This document shows, one piece after another, positions 9,677 through 16,929 of a DNA stretch of 41,356 bases. The notes under the pieces were generated by a model that saw only the letters and a program-made list of their open reading frames with translations, was not told the origin of the DNA and did no database searches. The stretch comes from a virus, in the IMG/VR virus record IMGVR_UViG_3300045988_077302, positions 1 through 41,356 of that record, one strand, 5' to 3'. Every line of letters begins with the position of its first letter. Within the stretch, counting starts at the first letter, position 1. The position numbers were made by a program, and so were the translations under genes.

Positions 9677-9955
9677 ATGAAATCATTAATCATCTACGAC
9701 GCCACCGGCACAATCTGGTCGGTAATCCACGGTCAGGATACAGTCCCCGCCGGAGTCCTCGGTCTGGTCGTCACGATCCCAGACGGCGCGGCAGTTACCA
9801 GCATGGACGTCAGCAATCCTGCCAGTCCACAGCCGGTCTATCAGTACGACAGCAATGGTATCGATCTGCACGAGGAGGTCAAGACAATCAAGGCCATGAT
9901 CGACGACATGTCCCTTATCCTGGCTGATGTGATTGGAGGTGTGTACTATGCTTAG
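9677..9955 (+). CDS. Hypothetical tail-module protein (92 aa)
   Basis: ATG 9677 follows AAGGAAGA. The track ORF 9617..9955 was trimmed to this RBS-supported start. Confidence 0.5.
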   Translation: MKSLIIYDATGTIWSVIHGQDTVPAGVLGLVVTIPDGAAVTSMDVSNPASPQPVYQYDSNGIDLHEEVKTIKAMIDDMSLILADVIGGVYYA

Positions 9956-10100
9956 TACAGCGGCGAAAAATATAATTATCTATGCGCTTAAGATCAGGCG
10001 CGGGCAGGGGGAAGATGTGGAAGAGATCCTGAAGGGATACCGCAACCTGACCGATGCCGAGAAATACGAGGTCTTACGGGCAGTGACAGAGGAGGGATAA
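9948..10100 (+). CDS. Small protein (50 aa), XkdX-like by size and position
   Basis: Not in the track. Translation is MLSTAAKNIIIYALKIRRGQGEDVEEILKGYRNLTDAEKYEVLRAVTEEG. It is tightly packed between its neighbours. Confidence 0.4.
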   Translation: MLSTAAKNIIIYALKIRRGQGEDVEEILKGYRNLTDAEKYEVLRAVTEEG

Positions 10101-10101
10101 G

Positions 10102-12921
10102 ATGGACGGTACAATCCAAAACTATACGCTTGACATGGCGGCCGATACGAAAAAGGATCCGTTGGAGATCAAGCAGTACGACACGAACAGCCGATGGGCG
10201 CGTATATCTCTGGTAGCATTCAAGAGTCCATGGATTATCCCGTTTGGATGTCAGATACACATCAGCGTCCGGAAGACCGACGGGACTTTAGCCAATGCCA
10301 CGTGTACGCGGGAAACTGAAAGTACAGTTCTTGCCCCAATAACAGACCAGATGGCTGCCGTAGCGGGAACCCATTTGGGGGAACTGTATTTTCTTGGCAA
10401 TGATGGAGACATTAGATCCCAGACTTTTCCCGTAGTAGTACGAGATGCCGTCACAGACTTAGACCGATTGGCCTCCTCAGACGATTTCCAGGTTCTTAAG
10501 GACGCGCTCAGAGAAGTCAAAACCTCCACGGAAGCCGCAGACATTGCCGCCCAGTACGCTACGGAGCAGGGCAACTCTGCCAGAGATGCGGCCCAGCGTG
10601 CAAATGATGCAGCGGACAGCATACAGGTAGCGGTCGATGCGGCGGCGGCAGCCAAAGTTAGCGAGACCAACGCTAAGACATCGGAGATAGCTGCGGCGCA
10701 GACTCAGCAGGAGGTCACGGATTACGTCGAGGCGCAGAAGGCCGCCTTTGCCGGTTACTCAAAACGGGAGTCTGACAGCAAGTACGCCAACGCCCTGACA
10801 GAGACCGCGACAGGTGAGGGCGGCGTAACCGTAGAGGACGCGTGGACGGCGCCGGTGCTGGGGCTTGATGTGGCAGGTAAGAGTGAGCAGGTGGTGACGA
10901 CGGGAGCGCAGTTGTTACCGCAGCCTCAATTCAACGATACTAAAAACGGTATCACTGTGAAAACACAGACGGACGGTGGAATTTCCATAACGGGAACCGC
11001 AACAGCCGCTATTACATTTACGGTTGCGGAAATCCTGCTTCAGGCGGGGCAGTATACACTGTCGGGATTATCCGGTTTGGTCGTTGGTAAAATGTATTTT
11101 CAGCTTGTTGAAATAAGTGCACAGGGTGGTCAATTTGTTGGTGAGCTGGCAAAGGTAGGCCATGTTACTAGCGCGACCGTTACAATTGACCATGATGTAT
11201 GGGCGCGTGCAGAAATAAAAGTATTATCAGGAGTAACCGCCGATAGTGTTTGTTATCCCATGCTTAACGCCGGAGACACCGCCCTCCCCTGGGAACCCTA
11301 CACCGGAGCCGCTCCCTCTCCCAGCCCGGACTACCCGCAGGACATTATCAGCGTGGGGACGGTGAGCACGGGGAAGCAGATGTTAAATGCTGACACGATT
11401 GTACAGGGCGGAATTAATGCGGATACAGGAGCAACGAATAATGCTTCTAATTTTGTGCGTAGTGATTATATACCAGTTAAGCCCGGAGATTATGTGCTAA
11501 GCGGTGATGGACTAAAGTCATATTTAAATTACGTTATGTATTTCAATCAAGAGAAAGTAATACAAAGTAGTTTGTCAATTAAACCAACTAACGGAAAATT
11601 TACTGTCACAGAGGGGACTGCATATATCAGAATTAGATTTATTGCCAAAGATGGTGCGGAGGGAACGGTGATACCATCGGAAGTAGTTGCACTTAAACCT
11701 ATGCTCAACACAGGCGACATAGCCTTACCATGGGAGCCGTACACCGGAGGCAAGCCGAGCCCGTCGGTGGAGTATCCGCAGACGTTGGAGCTGGTGGTGA
11801 CAGGGGCGCAGATGTTTTACAAATCTCTTGTGACGTTACGGGGGACAGGTGCAGAAGCTGATATCACGGACAAAAGAGCCATTAAGATTACTTACACAAG
11901 AGCTAATGGCGGAAAATATGCAGGATTTATTGTGGACGATAAAAGTAATATTGTTGGCAAGACATTAACAATATCGTACGGCAGTATCATACCGAGTAAA
12001 AGCGGTTTGACACCCGGTATCCGATTGTATTGGATAGACATTAATGGATCCGTATTATCCTATGTGGTGTATGTAAATAAATCTCCCACTACAATTACAA
12101 TAGAGGATCCTCAAAATGATATGGCTACAAAATTGGCATTGTTGTTGTATGCCGATATCGGTGACGCGGCCGTCGTAAATGATTATGTAATATATAAGGA
12201 TATCATGATTAACGCCGGAGACACCCCGCTCCCATGGGAGCCGTACAAAGACCGCCAAACTGCCCCCGTCACTTTGACAGAACCATTACATGGGACCGGA
12301 GAGTGCCGGGACAGGATCGCGTGCAAAGATGGGGAATGGGGGATTGAGCGGTATATTGGTGTGGTGGATAACGGGCAATGGAGGAAGCTAAATGTAGCAT
12401 CAGGAAGCGCCGGACATAGGTTTGTATATGATGCAACAGATATGATCGAAAAATTAAATTGCATGGTTATATGCTCTAAATATACAAGACGTCCAAAGGG
12501 TGCTAGCTTTAACGCTATTGGCGATTATGTGGCGACAGATGAAGTGGGAAAAATTTTTATTCGCACGCTTAACCCTGATTTCGAAACGATCGAAGCATTT
12601 AGGGAATTTATAGCCGATGCAATCACCCTCTATCCCCTTGCCACCCCTACCTGGGAGCCTTTCCCCTCCGCCACCCAGCAGGCCCTCAACGCCCTGACCA
12701 CTTACGCAGGCACCACGCACTTAACGATCACAGCAGGCGGCCCGGCTCCCACGGTAACTCTGGATTATGTCCAGGACACCCAAAAGGCCATAGAGCAGCA
12801 CGACACGGCCAACCGCCAGTACACCGACAACCAGATAGCGGCAATAGTAGCAGCCCTGCCGACAGCGACGCAGGCAGCTATTGTAGATAACCAGACAACC
12901 AGATTATTACAGGAGGTATGA
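10102..12921 (+). CDS. Large modular tail fibre / baseplate upper protein (BppU-like N-terminus)
   Basis: 939 aa with a GGAGGG RBS. It has an Ala-rich coiled coil and three repeats of M(L/I)N(A/T)GD..LPWEPY linkers separating AT-rich domains. Confidence 0.8.
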   Translation: MDGTIQNYTLDMAADTKKDPLEIKQYDTNSRWARISLVAFKSPWIIPFGCQIHISVRKTDGTLANATCTRETESTVLAPITDQMAAVAGTHLGELYFLGNDGDIRSQTFPVVVRDAVTDLDRLASSDDFQVLKDALREVKTSTEAADIAAQYATEQGNSARDAAQRANDAADSIQVAVDAAAAAKVSETNAKTSEIAAAQTQQEVTDYVEAQKAAFAGYSKRESDSKYANALTETATGEGGVTVEDAWTAPVLGLDVAGKSEQVVTTGAQLLPQPQFNDTKNGITVKTQTDGGISITGTATAAITFTVAEILLQAGQYTLSGLSGLVVGKMYFQLVEISAQGGQFVGELAKVGHVTSATVTIDHDVWARAEIKVLSGVTADSVCYPMLNAGDTALPWEPYTGAAPSPSPDYPQDIISVGTVSTGKQMLNADTIVQGGINADTGATNNASNFVRSDYIPVKPGDYVLSGDGLKSYLNYVMYFNQEKVIQSSLSIKPTNGKFTVTEGTAYIRIRFIAKDGAEGTVIPSEVVALKPMLNTGDIALPWEPYTGGKPSPSVEYPQTLELVVTGAQMFYKSLVTLRGTGAEADITDKRAIKITYTRANGGKYAGFIVDDKSNIVGKTLTISYGSIIPSKSGLTPGIRLYWIDINGSVLSYVVYVNKSPTTITIEDPQNDMATKLALLLYADIGDAAVVNDYVIYKDIMINAGDTPLPWEPYKDRQTAPVTLTEPLHGTGECRDRIACKDGEWGIERYIGVVDNGQWRKLNVASGSAGHRFVYDATDMIEKLNCMVICSKYTRRPKGASFNAIGDYVATDEVGKIFIRTLNPDFETIEAFREFIADAITLYPLATPTWEPFPSATQQALNALTTYAGTTHLTITAGGPAPTVTLDYVQDTQKAIEQHDTANRQYTDNQIAAIVAALPTATQAAIVDNQTTRLLQEV

Positions 12922-12925
12922 GATT

Positions 12926-13147
12926 ATGAGTAACACAGTGATTTACACGTTGATGGAGAGTCTTATCAGCAAAAAGTATTATGCAACCAAAGAGGAGGCC
13001 ACGGACAAGCTGGGGGTATACTTTGCGTTTGATATGATCGATGCAGAGCAGATGACGGAGCTTGCATTACTGGCCGAGGGCGTGTACGCGCCGCCGGCGG
13101 TTGAGCCGGATCCGGAACCCGTAGACCCGGCAACACCAACAGAATAG
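12926..13147 (+). CDS. XkdX-like small protein
   Basis: 73 aa. Contains KKYYATKEEATDKL...IDAEQMTEL, and sits directly after the fibre gene. Confidence 0.45.
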   Translation: MSNTVIYTLMESLISKKYYATKEEATDKLGVYFAFDMIDAEQMTELALLAEGVYAPPAVEPDPEPVDPATPTE

Positions 13148-13158
13148 GAGGACTTATC

Positions 13159-13353
13159 ATGAATAAGAACAAGCCAGACATGAACTACAAGACACCCGTA
13201 CCCTATGGACCAGCAACCGGTAAAGAAGATTCCGGCCGGCAGCCAGTGATTGCAGACACGCCGTATGAAGGAGATTACAGCCCGGACCATAAGCAGTTTA
13301 AGGCCGGCCATGTACCGGGAGGCCCGGGGCATAAAGATTGTGAGCATGAATAA
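13159..13353 (+). CDS. Hypothetical Pro/Gly-rich protein
   Basis: 64 aa with a GGAGGA RBS. No motif recognised. Confidence 0.4.
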   Translation: MNKNKPDMNYKTPVPYGPATGKEDSGRQPVIADTPYEGDYSPDHKQFKAGHVPGGPGHKDCEHE

Positions 13354-13372
13354 CTGACGGGAGGACTAAAGT

Positions 13373-13726
13373 GTGGAGAATGAGGAGATCGCCGTAAAGC
13401 TCACCGCTCTGGAGCACGAGGAGATCGCCGTAAAGCTCACCGCTCTGGAGCACGAGGCAAAGTCGGCCAAACATCGTATTGATGATCTGGAAGTGCAGAA
13501 TCAGGCAATACAGGACCTTGCGCTGTCTGTGAAGGAGCTGACCATTAATATGGGTAATATGCTGGAGGAGCAGCGAAAGCAGGGGAAGGATATTGACAAG
13601 CTGAAGGCCGAACCAGCGGAGCGGTGGAGCGGTATGCAGCGAACAATTTTCAACACCATCGTAGGGGCAATGTCAGGGGCGGTTGCTGTCGGCCTTGTCC
13701 TCATGATGGCACAGTACATAAAATAA
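13373..13726 (+). CDS. XhlA-like lysis-associated membrane protein
   Basis: 117 aa with a GTG start after GGGAGGAC. It has a coiled-coil N-terminus and one C-terminal TM helix (IVGAMSGAVAVGLVLMMAQYI), and precedes the holin as in PBSX xhlA-xhlB-xlyA. Confidence 0.7.
   Translation: MENEEIAVKLTALEHEEIAVKLTALEHEAKSAKHRIDDLEVQNQAIQDLALSVKELTINMGNMLEEQRKQGKDIDKLKAEPAERWSGMQRTIFNTIVGAMSGAVAVGLVLMMAQYIK
13382..13453 (+). repeat. Perfect 36-bp tandem duplication (2 copies) inside the XhlA-like gene
   Basis: gaggagatcgccgtaaagctcaccgctctggagcac occurs at 13382..13417 and again at 13418..13453, duplicating EEIAVKLTALEH. Confidence 0.95.
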
Positions 13727-13741
13727 GAAAAGAGGTATGAA

Positions 13742-13954
13742 ATGATGAAGAAGTACGATCTTAAGGTATGGGCGAAAGCCGCAGGAATCAGGGCAATCAA
13801 GACCATGGCGCAGACCGCAGTCGCTACGATTGGCACGGCTGCCGTGTTGGGTGATGTCAACGGTCCGATGGTAATAAGCGCGTCGGTGCTGGCTGGGGTG
13901 CTGTCTATCCTTACCAGCGTAGCCGGACTGCCGGAGTTGGATAAGACTGCCTGA
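13742..13954 (+). CDS. Holin
   Basis: 70 aa with two hydrophobic segments (AVATIGTAAVLG and VISASVLAGVLSILTSVAG). It lies between the XhlA-like gene and the endolysin. Confidence 0.75.
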   Translation: MMKKYDLKVWAKAAGIRAIKTMAQTAVATIGTAAVLGDVNGPMVISASVLAGVLSILTSVAGLPELDKTA

Positions 13955-14003
13955 GAGGAGGTGGTCCGCATATCTCCCGGCCGGCAGGGTGAGAGCCGGT
14001 GAT

Positions 14004-14036
14004 GTTGCGATATCGCAACGGTTGTAATATCACAAC
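14004..14036. promoter_or_regulatory. Tandem operator-like palindromes GTTGCGATATCGCAAC (14004..14019) and GTTGTAATATCACAAC (14021..14036)
   Basis: Read directly. The first is a perfect 16-bp palindrome and the second has 2 mismatches. The core TTGCGATATCGCAA recurs at 38798..38811. Confidence 0.5.
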
Positions 14037-14042
14037 TTTTTA

Positions 14043-14074
14043 GGGCCTGGGAGAGATCCTGGGCCTTTTTCTTT
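14043..14074 (+). terminator. Intrinsic terminator between holin and endolysin
   Basis: The stem 14044..14052 pairs with 14057..14065 (9 bp including 2 GU pairs), closing a GAGA tetraloop, followed by TTTTTCTTT. The GU pairs make it specific to the + strand. Confidence 0.65.
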
Positions 14075-14085
14075 AAGGAGGATTT

Positions 14086-14835
14086 ATGATACCTATTACG
14101 AAACAGATCAAACAGATTAATTGCTATGCAAGTCAGAATCACCCAAAGTACATTGTAATCCATGAGACTGACAATTTTAACCGTGGCGCCGGGGCTGCCG
14201 CTCATTCCAGGGCGCATAATAATTGCAATCTGGCTACATCGGTTCATTATTACGTTGATGATGTAGCAATCTACCAGACACTCAACCATACAGACGGAGC
14301 ATGGGCTGTCGGCAAGCAGTACGGCACGCCGCTGGTGGCTGGAGTCAATAACAACAACACGATCAATATCGAGATCTGCGTTAATCCGGACAGCAACTAC
14401 GACAAAGCGCGGCTTAACTGTGTAGACCTGGTACGGCACCTGATTCAGGAGACGGGGATCCCCGCCGATCGGGTGATCCGGCATTACGATGCAAAGCGTA
14501 AATGGTGTCCGCGTAAGATGATGGACAGCCCGGAGTTATGGACGGACTTCTGCCTGAGGATTCGCGGACAGGCGGACGAGGTGAAGAGCTTCGAGGACGG
14601 CACCGGGAACTGGCATTTTACGATTAATGGCGAGTTGCAGAAAAACCGCTGGGTGAAATATAAGAATAAGTGGTTCTACGTGGACGATTACGGGAACATG
14701 GTTACTGGATACACTGTGATTGGCGGCCTGGCCTATGTGCTTAACCCATCAAAGGCTGATATGGAGACATATGGGGCGCTGATGGTAACGAATAACCTTG
14801 CACAGGGCAATCTTGAGGTGCAGTGGGTGGAATAG
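14086..14835 (+). CDS. Endolysin: N-acetylmuramoyl-L-alanine amidase (Amidase_2/PGRP type) with C-terminal cell-wall-binding repeats
   Basis: 249 aa. Motifs seen are IVIHETD, NIEIC and VIRHYDAKRKWCP. The C-terminal repeat WVKYKNKWFYVDDYGNMVTG resembles CW_binding repeats. Confidence 0.9.
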   Translation: MIPITKQIKQINCYASQNHPKYIVIHETDNFNRGAGAAAHSRAHNNCNLATSVHYYVDDVAIYQTLNHTDGAWAVGKQYGTPLVAGVNNNNTINIEICVNPDSNYDKARLNCVDLVRHLIQETGIPADRVIRHYDAKRKWCPRKMMDSPELWTDFCLRIRGQADEVKSFEDGTGNWHFTINGELQKNRWVKYKNKWFYVDDYGNMVTGYTVIGGLAYVLNPSKADMETYGALMVTNNLAQGNLEVQWVE

Positions 14836-14862
14836 CAAACAACAGAATAATGATGTGACTGA

Positions 14863-14891
14863 AGCTCTGGGAGGAATCCTGGGGCTTTTTA
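14863..14891 (+). terminator. Intrinsic terminator after the endolysin
   Basis: AGCTCTGGGA pairs with TCCTGGGGCT (10 bp, with GU pairs), closing a GGAA tetraloop, followed by TTTTT. Confidence 0.7.
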
Positions 14892-14913
14892 AATTGAAAG
14901 GAAGGTATATTTT

Positions 14914-15612
14914 ATGAAACTAAGACTTGTTAAACAGGGAGACTTTTTAGGAACGAAGTGCGATTTTTATGTAAATGAAACCGGTGATATCTTTATGAGC
15001 AGAACCCAGATAGGATACGCCTTGAAGTATAAAAATCCGAGCAAAGGTATAGAAGACATACATAACAGACACCATGACCGACTTGACACCATGAGCGTAA
15101 AAGTTGACCCCCTCAGTTTGCAGGGGTCAAATCCACATTACAGGAATGGCGAAAGAGCCTATATGTATCCCGAAAAAGGAATATACGAAATCTGTAGGTA
15201 TTCCAGGCAAAAGGTTGCTGGGGATTTTTATGATTGGGTTTATGATGTTATTCAGTCCATCAAAAAGAACGGTTACTACATCGCTTCCGAGAAAGACGAG
15301 AAGTGGCTGGGAATCCGTCGTGAGACCAAAGAGGTACGCAAGGCCGAGACGGATCAGATCAAGTTATTCGTGGAGTATGCGAGGGCACAGGGCAGCCAGC
15401 ACGCAGACAGATATTATGTGTCGCTGACCAAGCTCATAAACCGCAGATTAGGCATAGAGAGCGGCGGGAGGGACAAGGCATACCAGAGGACGCTGATGCA
15501 CTTAAAATCACTGGAAACGGTGGTGGAGCTGCATCTGGCTACGCTGATGGAGGAGGGGCTGCCGTACAAGGAGATATATCAGGGCGTGAAAAAGTTTATC
15601 GAAGCGCTGTAG
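14914..15612 (+). CDS. Bro-N domain protein (antirepressor-like)
   Basis: 232 aa. The N-terminal half matches the Bro-N pattern (FMSRTQIGYALKY...EKGIYEICRYSRQKVAGDFYDWVYDVIQSIKKNGYY). Confidence 0.6.
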   Translation: MKLRLVKQGDFLGTKCDFYVNETGDIFMSRTQIGYALKYKNPSKGIEDIHNRHHDRLDTMSVKVDPLSLQGSNPHYRNGERAYMYPEKGIYEICRYSRQKVAGDFYDWVYDVIQSIKKNGYYIASEKDEKWLGIRRETKEVRKAETDQIKLFVEYARAQGSQHADRYYVSLTKLINRRLGIESGGRDKAYQRTLMHLKSLETVVELHLATLMEEGLPYKEIYQGVKKFIEAL

Positions 15613-15794
15613 GAATCTCACGGCAGAAAATTCCGCTGCCAGTTTGAGTGGTAAGAAAAGGGCGGTCCGCTTGGGCCGCCTGAAAACATGATCTGTATGT
15701 TATAAAATTTGTAATTGAAGCCATACTACTACTGTGCTTTGATATATAAATTGTAATCAGTATTTTATGCTTTACTGTAAAAGAGGGAAAATAG

Positions 15795-16148
15795 TTGAAA
15801 AGATATGATCCGATGATGGTGGGAAAAAGAATTAGGAGACAACGGATAATAATGGGATTGACCCAGGAAGAAGTGGCTGAGAAGATTGAACGGTCATATA
15901 AGTACTATCAAGATATCGAGCGAGGGACATGTGGAATGTCGATTAATACAATACTTAGTATTGCAGAATGTCTTCATATATCTATAGACTATTTAATCTT
16001 CGGAAATAATGAGAAAAATTTCCCCACCTTTAATGGTGAAGAAGAGCAACAAGCGCTTATAGATGCTTTGAGCAATTGTAGTATTCATAAGAAAAAATAT
16101 GCCTTAGAATTAATAAAATTATTTTTGAAGGCTTGTGGTGAACAATAA
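15795..16148 (+). CDS. XRE-family helix-turn-helix transcriptional regulator
   Basis: 117 aa with a TTG start after AGAGGGA (alternative ATG at 15813). The HTH reads LTQEEVAEKIERSYKYYQDIERG. The surrounding DNA is AT-rich. Confidence 0.8.
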   Translation: MKRYDPMMVGKRIRRQRIIMGLTQEEVAEKIERSYKYYQDIERGTCGMSINTILSIAECLHISIDYLIFGNNEKNFPTFNGEEEQQALIDALSNCSIHKKKYALELIKLFLKACGEQ

Positions 16149-16297
16149 CGGCGGCAGCGCCCCATGGCTCCGCCCTGCCTTCTCGGCATAATATAGGCGG
16201 TCTGTTTGGGACTCCTTACTTCTAAGGGGGCTTCACGACCGTCGATTTTTTTAACACACCTCTTGCCAGGAGATCACAGAAATGATATAATAAATTC

Positions 16298-16386
16298 GCT
16301 CGTATTATTTCATATATTTTTCTGGCGTATCAGAAGAGTATTCATGCAAAGCCGCTCAGTATCCCCATACACTGGGCGGTTTTTGT
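16298..16386 (+). ncRNA. Candidate small RNA 1 (promoter 16263..16291, terminator 16351..16386)
   Basis: Promoter is TTGCCA, a 17-nt spacer, then TATAAT with a TG extension (tgatataat). The terminator stem CCGCTCAG/CTGGGCGG is followed by TTTTT. There is no credible ORF between them. Confidence 0.4.
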
Positions 16387-16445
16387 GCGTAATTCATGTA
16401 TAGGTGACCAGTAGTAGGCTACATCTAAAATGATATATACGCGCT

Positions 16446-16508
16446 ATAATAATTGCGTTTTGCTTTTCTAACTTGCGGCTTAGCTATATTGGCAGGCCGC
16501 ATTTTTTG
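16446..16508 (+). ncRNA. Candidate small RNA 2 (extended -10 at 16431..16439, terminator 16474..16508)
   Basis: There is a TGATATATA extended -10 but the -35 is poor. The terminator stem TGCGGC/GCCGCA is followed by TTTTTT. Confidence 0.3.
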
Positions 16509-16586
16509 TATACATAACTGCATAAATTTAGCAGAGTAGAGTAAAAAAGCGTTGATTTATTGAGAAAAAAGTGATATGATTTTCCC

Positions 16587-16646
16587 AGCAGCTCTTCTTT
16601 GCGGTCGTCTAGGTATATTTCCCCCATATACCCGGGCGACTTTTAT
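16587..16646 (+). ncRNA. Candidate small RNA 3 (promoter 16552..16580, terminator 16603..16646)
   Basis: Promoter is TTGATT, a 17-nt spacer, then TATGAT with a TG extension. A roughly 16-bp GU-rich stem (core GTATAT/ATATAC) is followed by TTTTAT. Confidence 0.4.
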
Positions 16647-16663
16647 ATGCGTATCTTACTACG

Positions 16664-16846
16664 TTACATCAACCGGCATTTGGTATCTGGCGATCGCTGA
16701 GTTAAAAACCACATAGCTGATATATCCACATCGATTACCATTTTCGCCATCTCGCGAGTCTCCTGGTATTTTGCATTTTTAGCCATCTGGGCATGGCGCT
16801 GGTAGGTCTCAATTATCTCAAAAAATAATTCATCTGTTCGGTTCAT
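16664..16846 (-). CDS. Hypothetical 60-aa protein downstream of the integrase
   Basis: Strong RBS AAGGAGAA upstream of the ATG. The product is hydrophilic and no motif was recognised. Confidence 0.6.
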   Translation of the reverse strand: MNRTDELFFEIIETYQRHAQMAKNAKYQETREMAKMVIDVDISAMWFLTQRSPDTKCRLM

Positions 16847-16929
16847 CTTTTCTCCTTCTTTCCCTTATGATTATATTTTACCGGTAATTAATATTAACCG
16901 ACCGGAAACTTAACTTAACGGTAAAACAA

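Noticed and set aside
10102-12921. Diversity-generating retroelement targeting the fibre gene
   Set aside because: There is no reverse transcriptase gene anywhere in the window and no template/variable repeat pair with adenine-specific differences. The repeats are in-frame linker motifs.
13501-14484. 327-aa minus-strand ORF spanning the lysis cassette
   Set aside because: It is antisense to three confidently recognised + strand genes (XhlA-like, holin, amidase) and crosses the palindrome/terminator gap. It has no RBS and is a typical shadow ORF.
16206-16403. 65-aa + strand ORF in the att-proximal region
   Set aside because: It begins with a non-ATG start and has no RBS. It spans a predicted promoter and runs through a terminator hairpin. 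The only internal ATG (16345) would give a 19-aa peptide.
16587-16846. Type I toxin-antitoxin reading of the 60-aa ORF plus the convergent candidate sRNA 3
   Set aside because: The ORF product is hydrophilic with no membrane helix, unlike type I toxins, and the predicted sRNA ends before the ORF stop, so no overlap is evident.
16876-16926. 8-bp inverted repeat TTTTACCG...CGGTAAAA between the integrase and the 60-aa ORF, considered as attP
   Set aside because: It cannot be distinguished from chance or from a weak terminator without an attB or integrated copy. attP could equally lie in 16149..16663, so no call was made.
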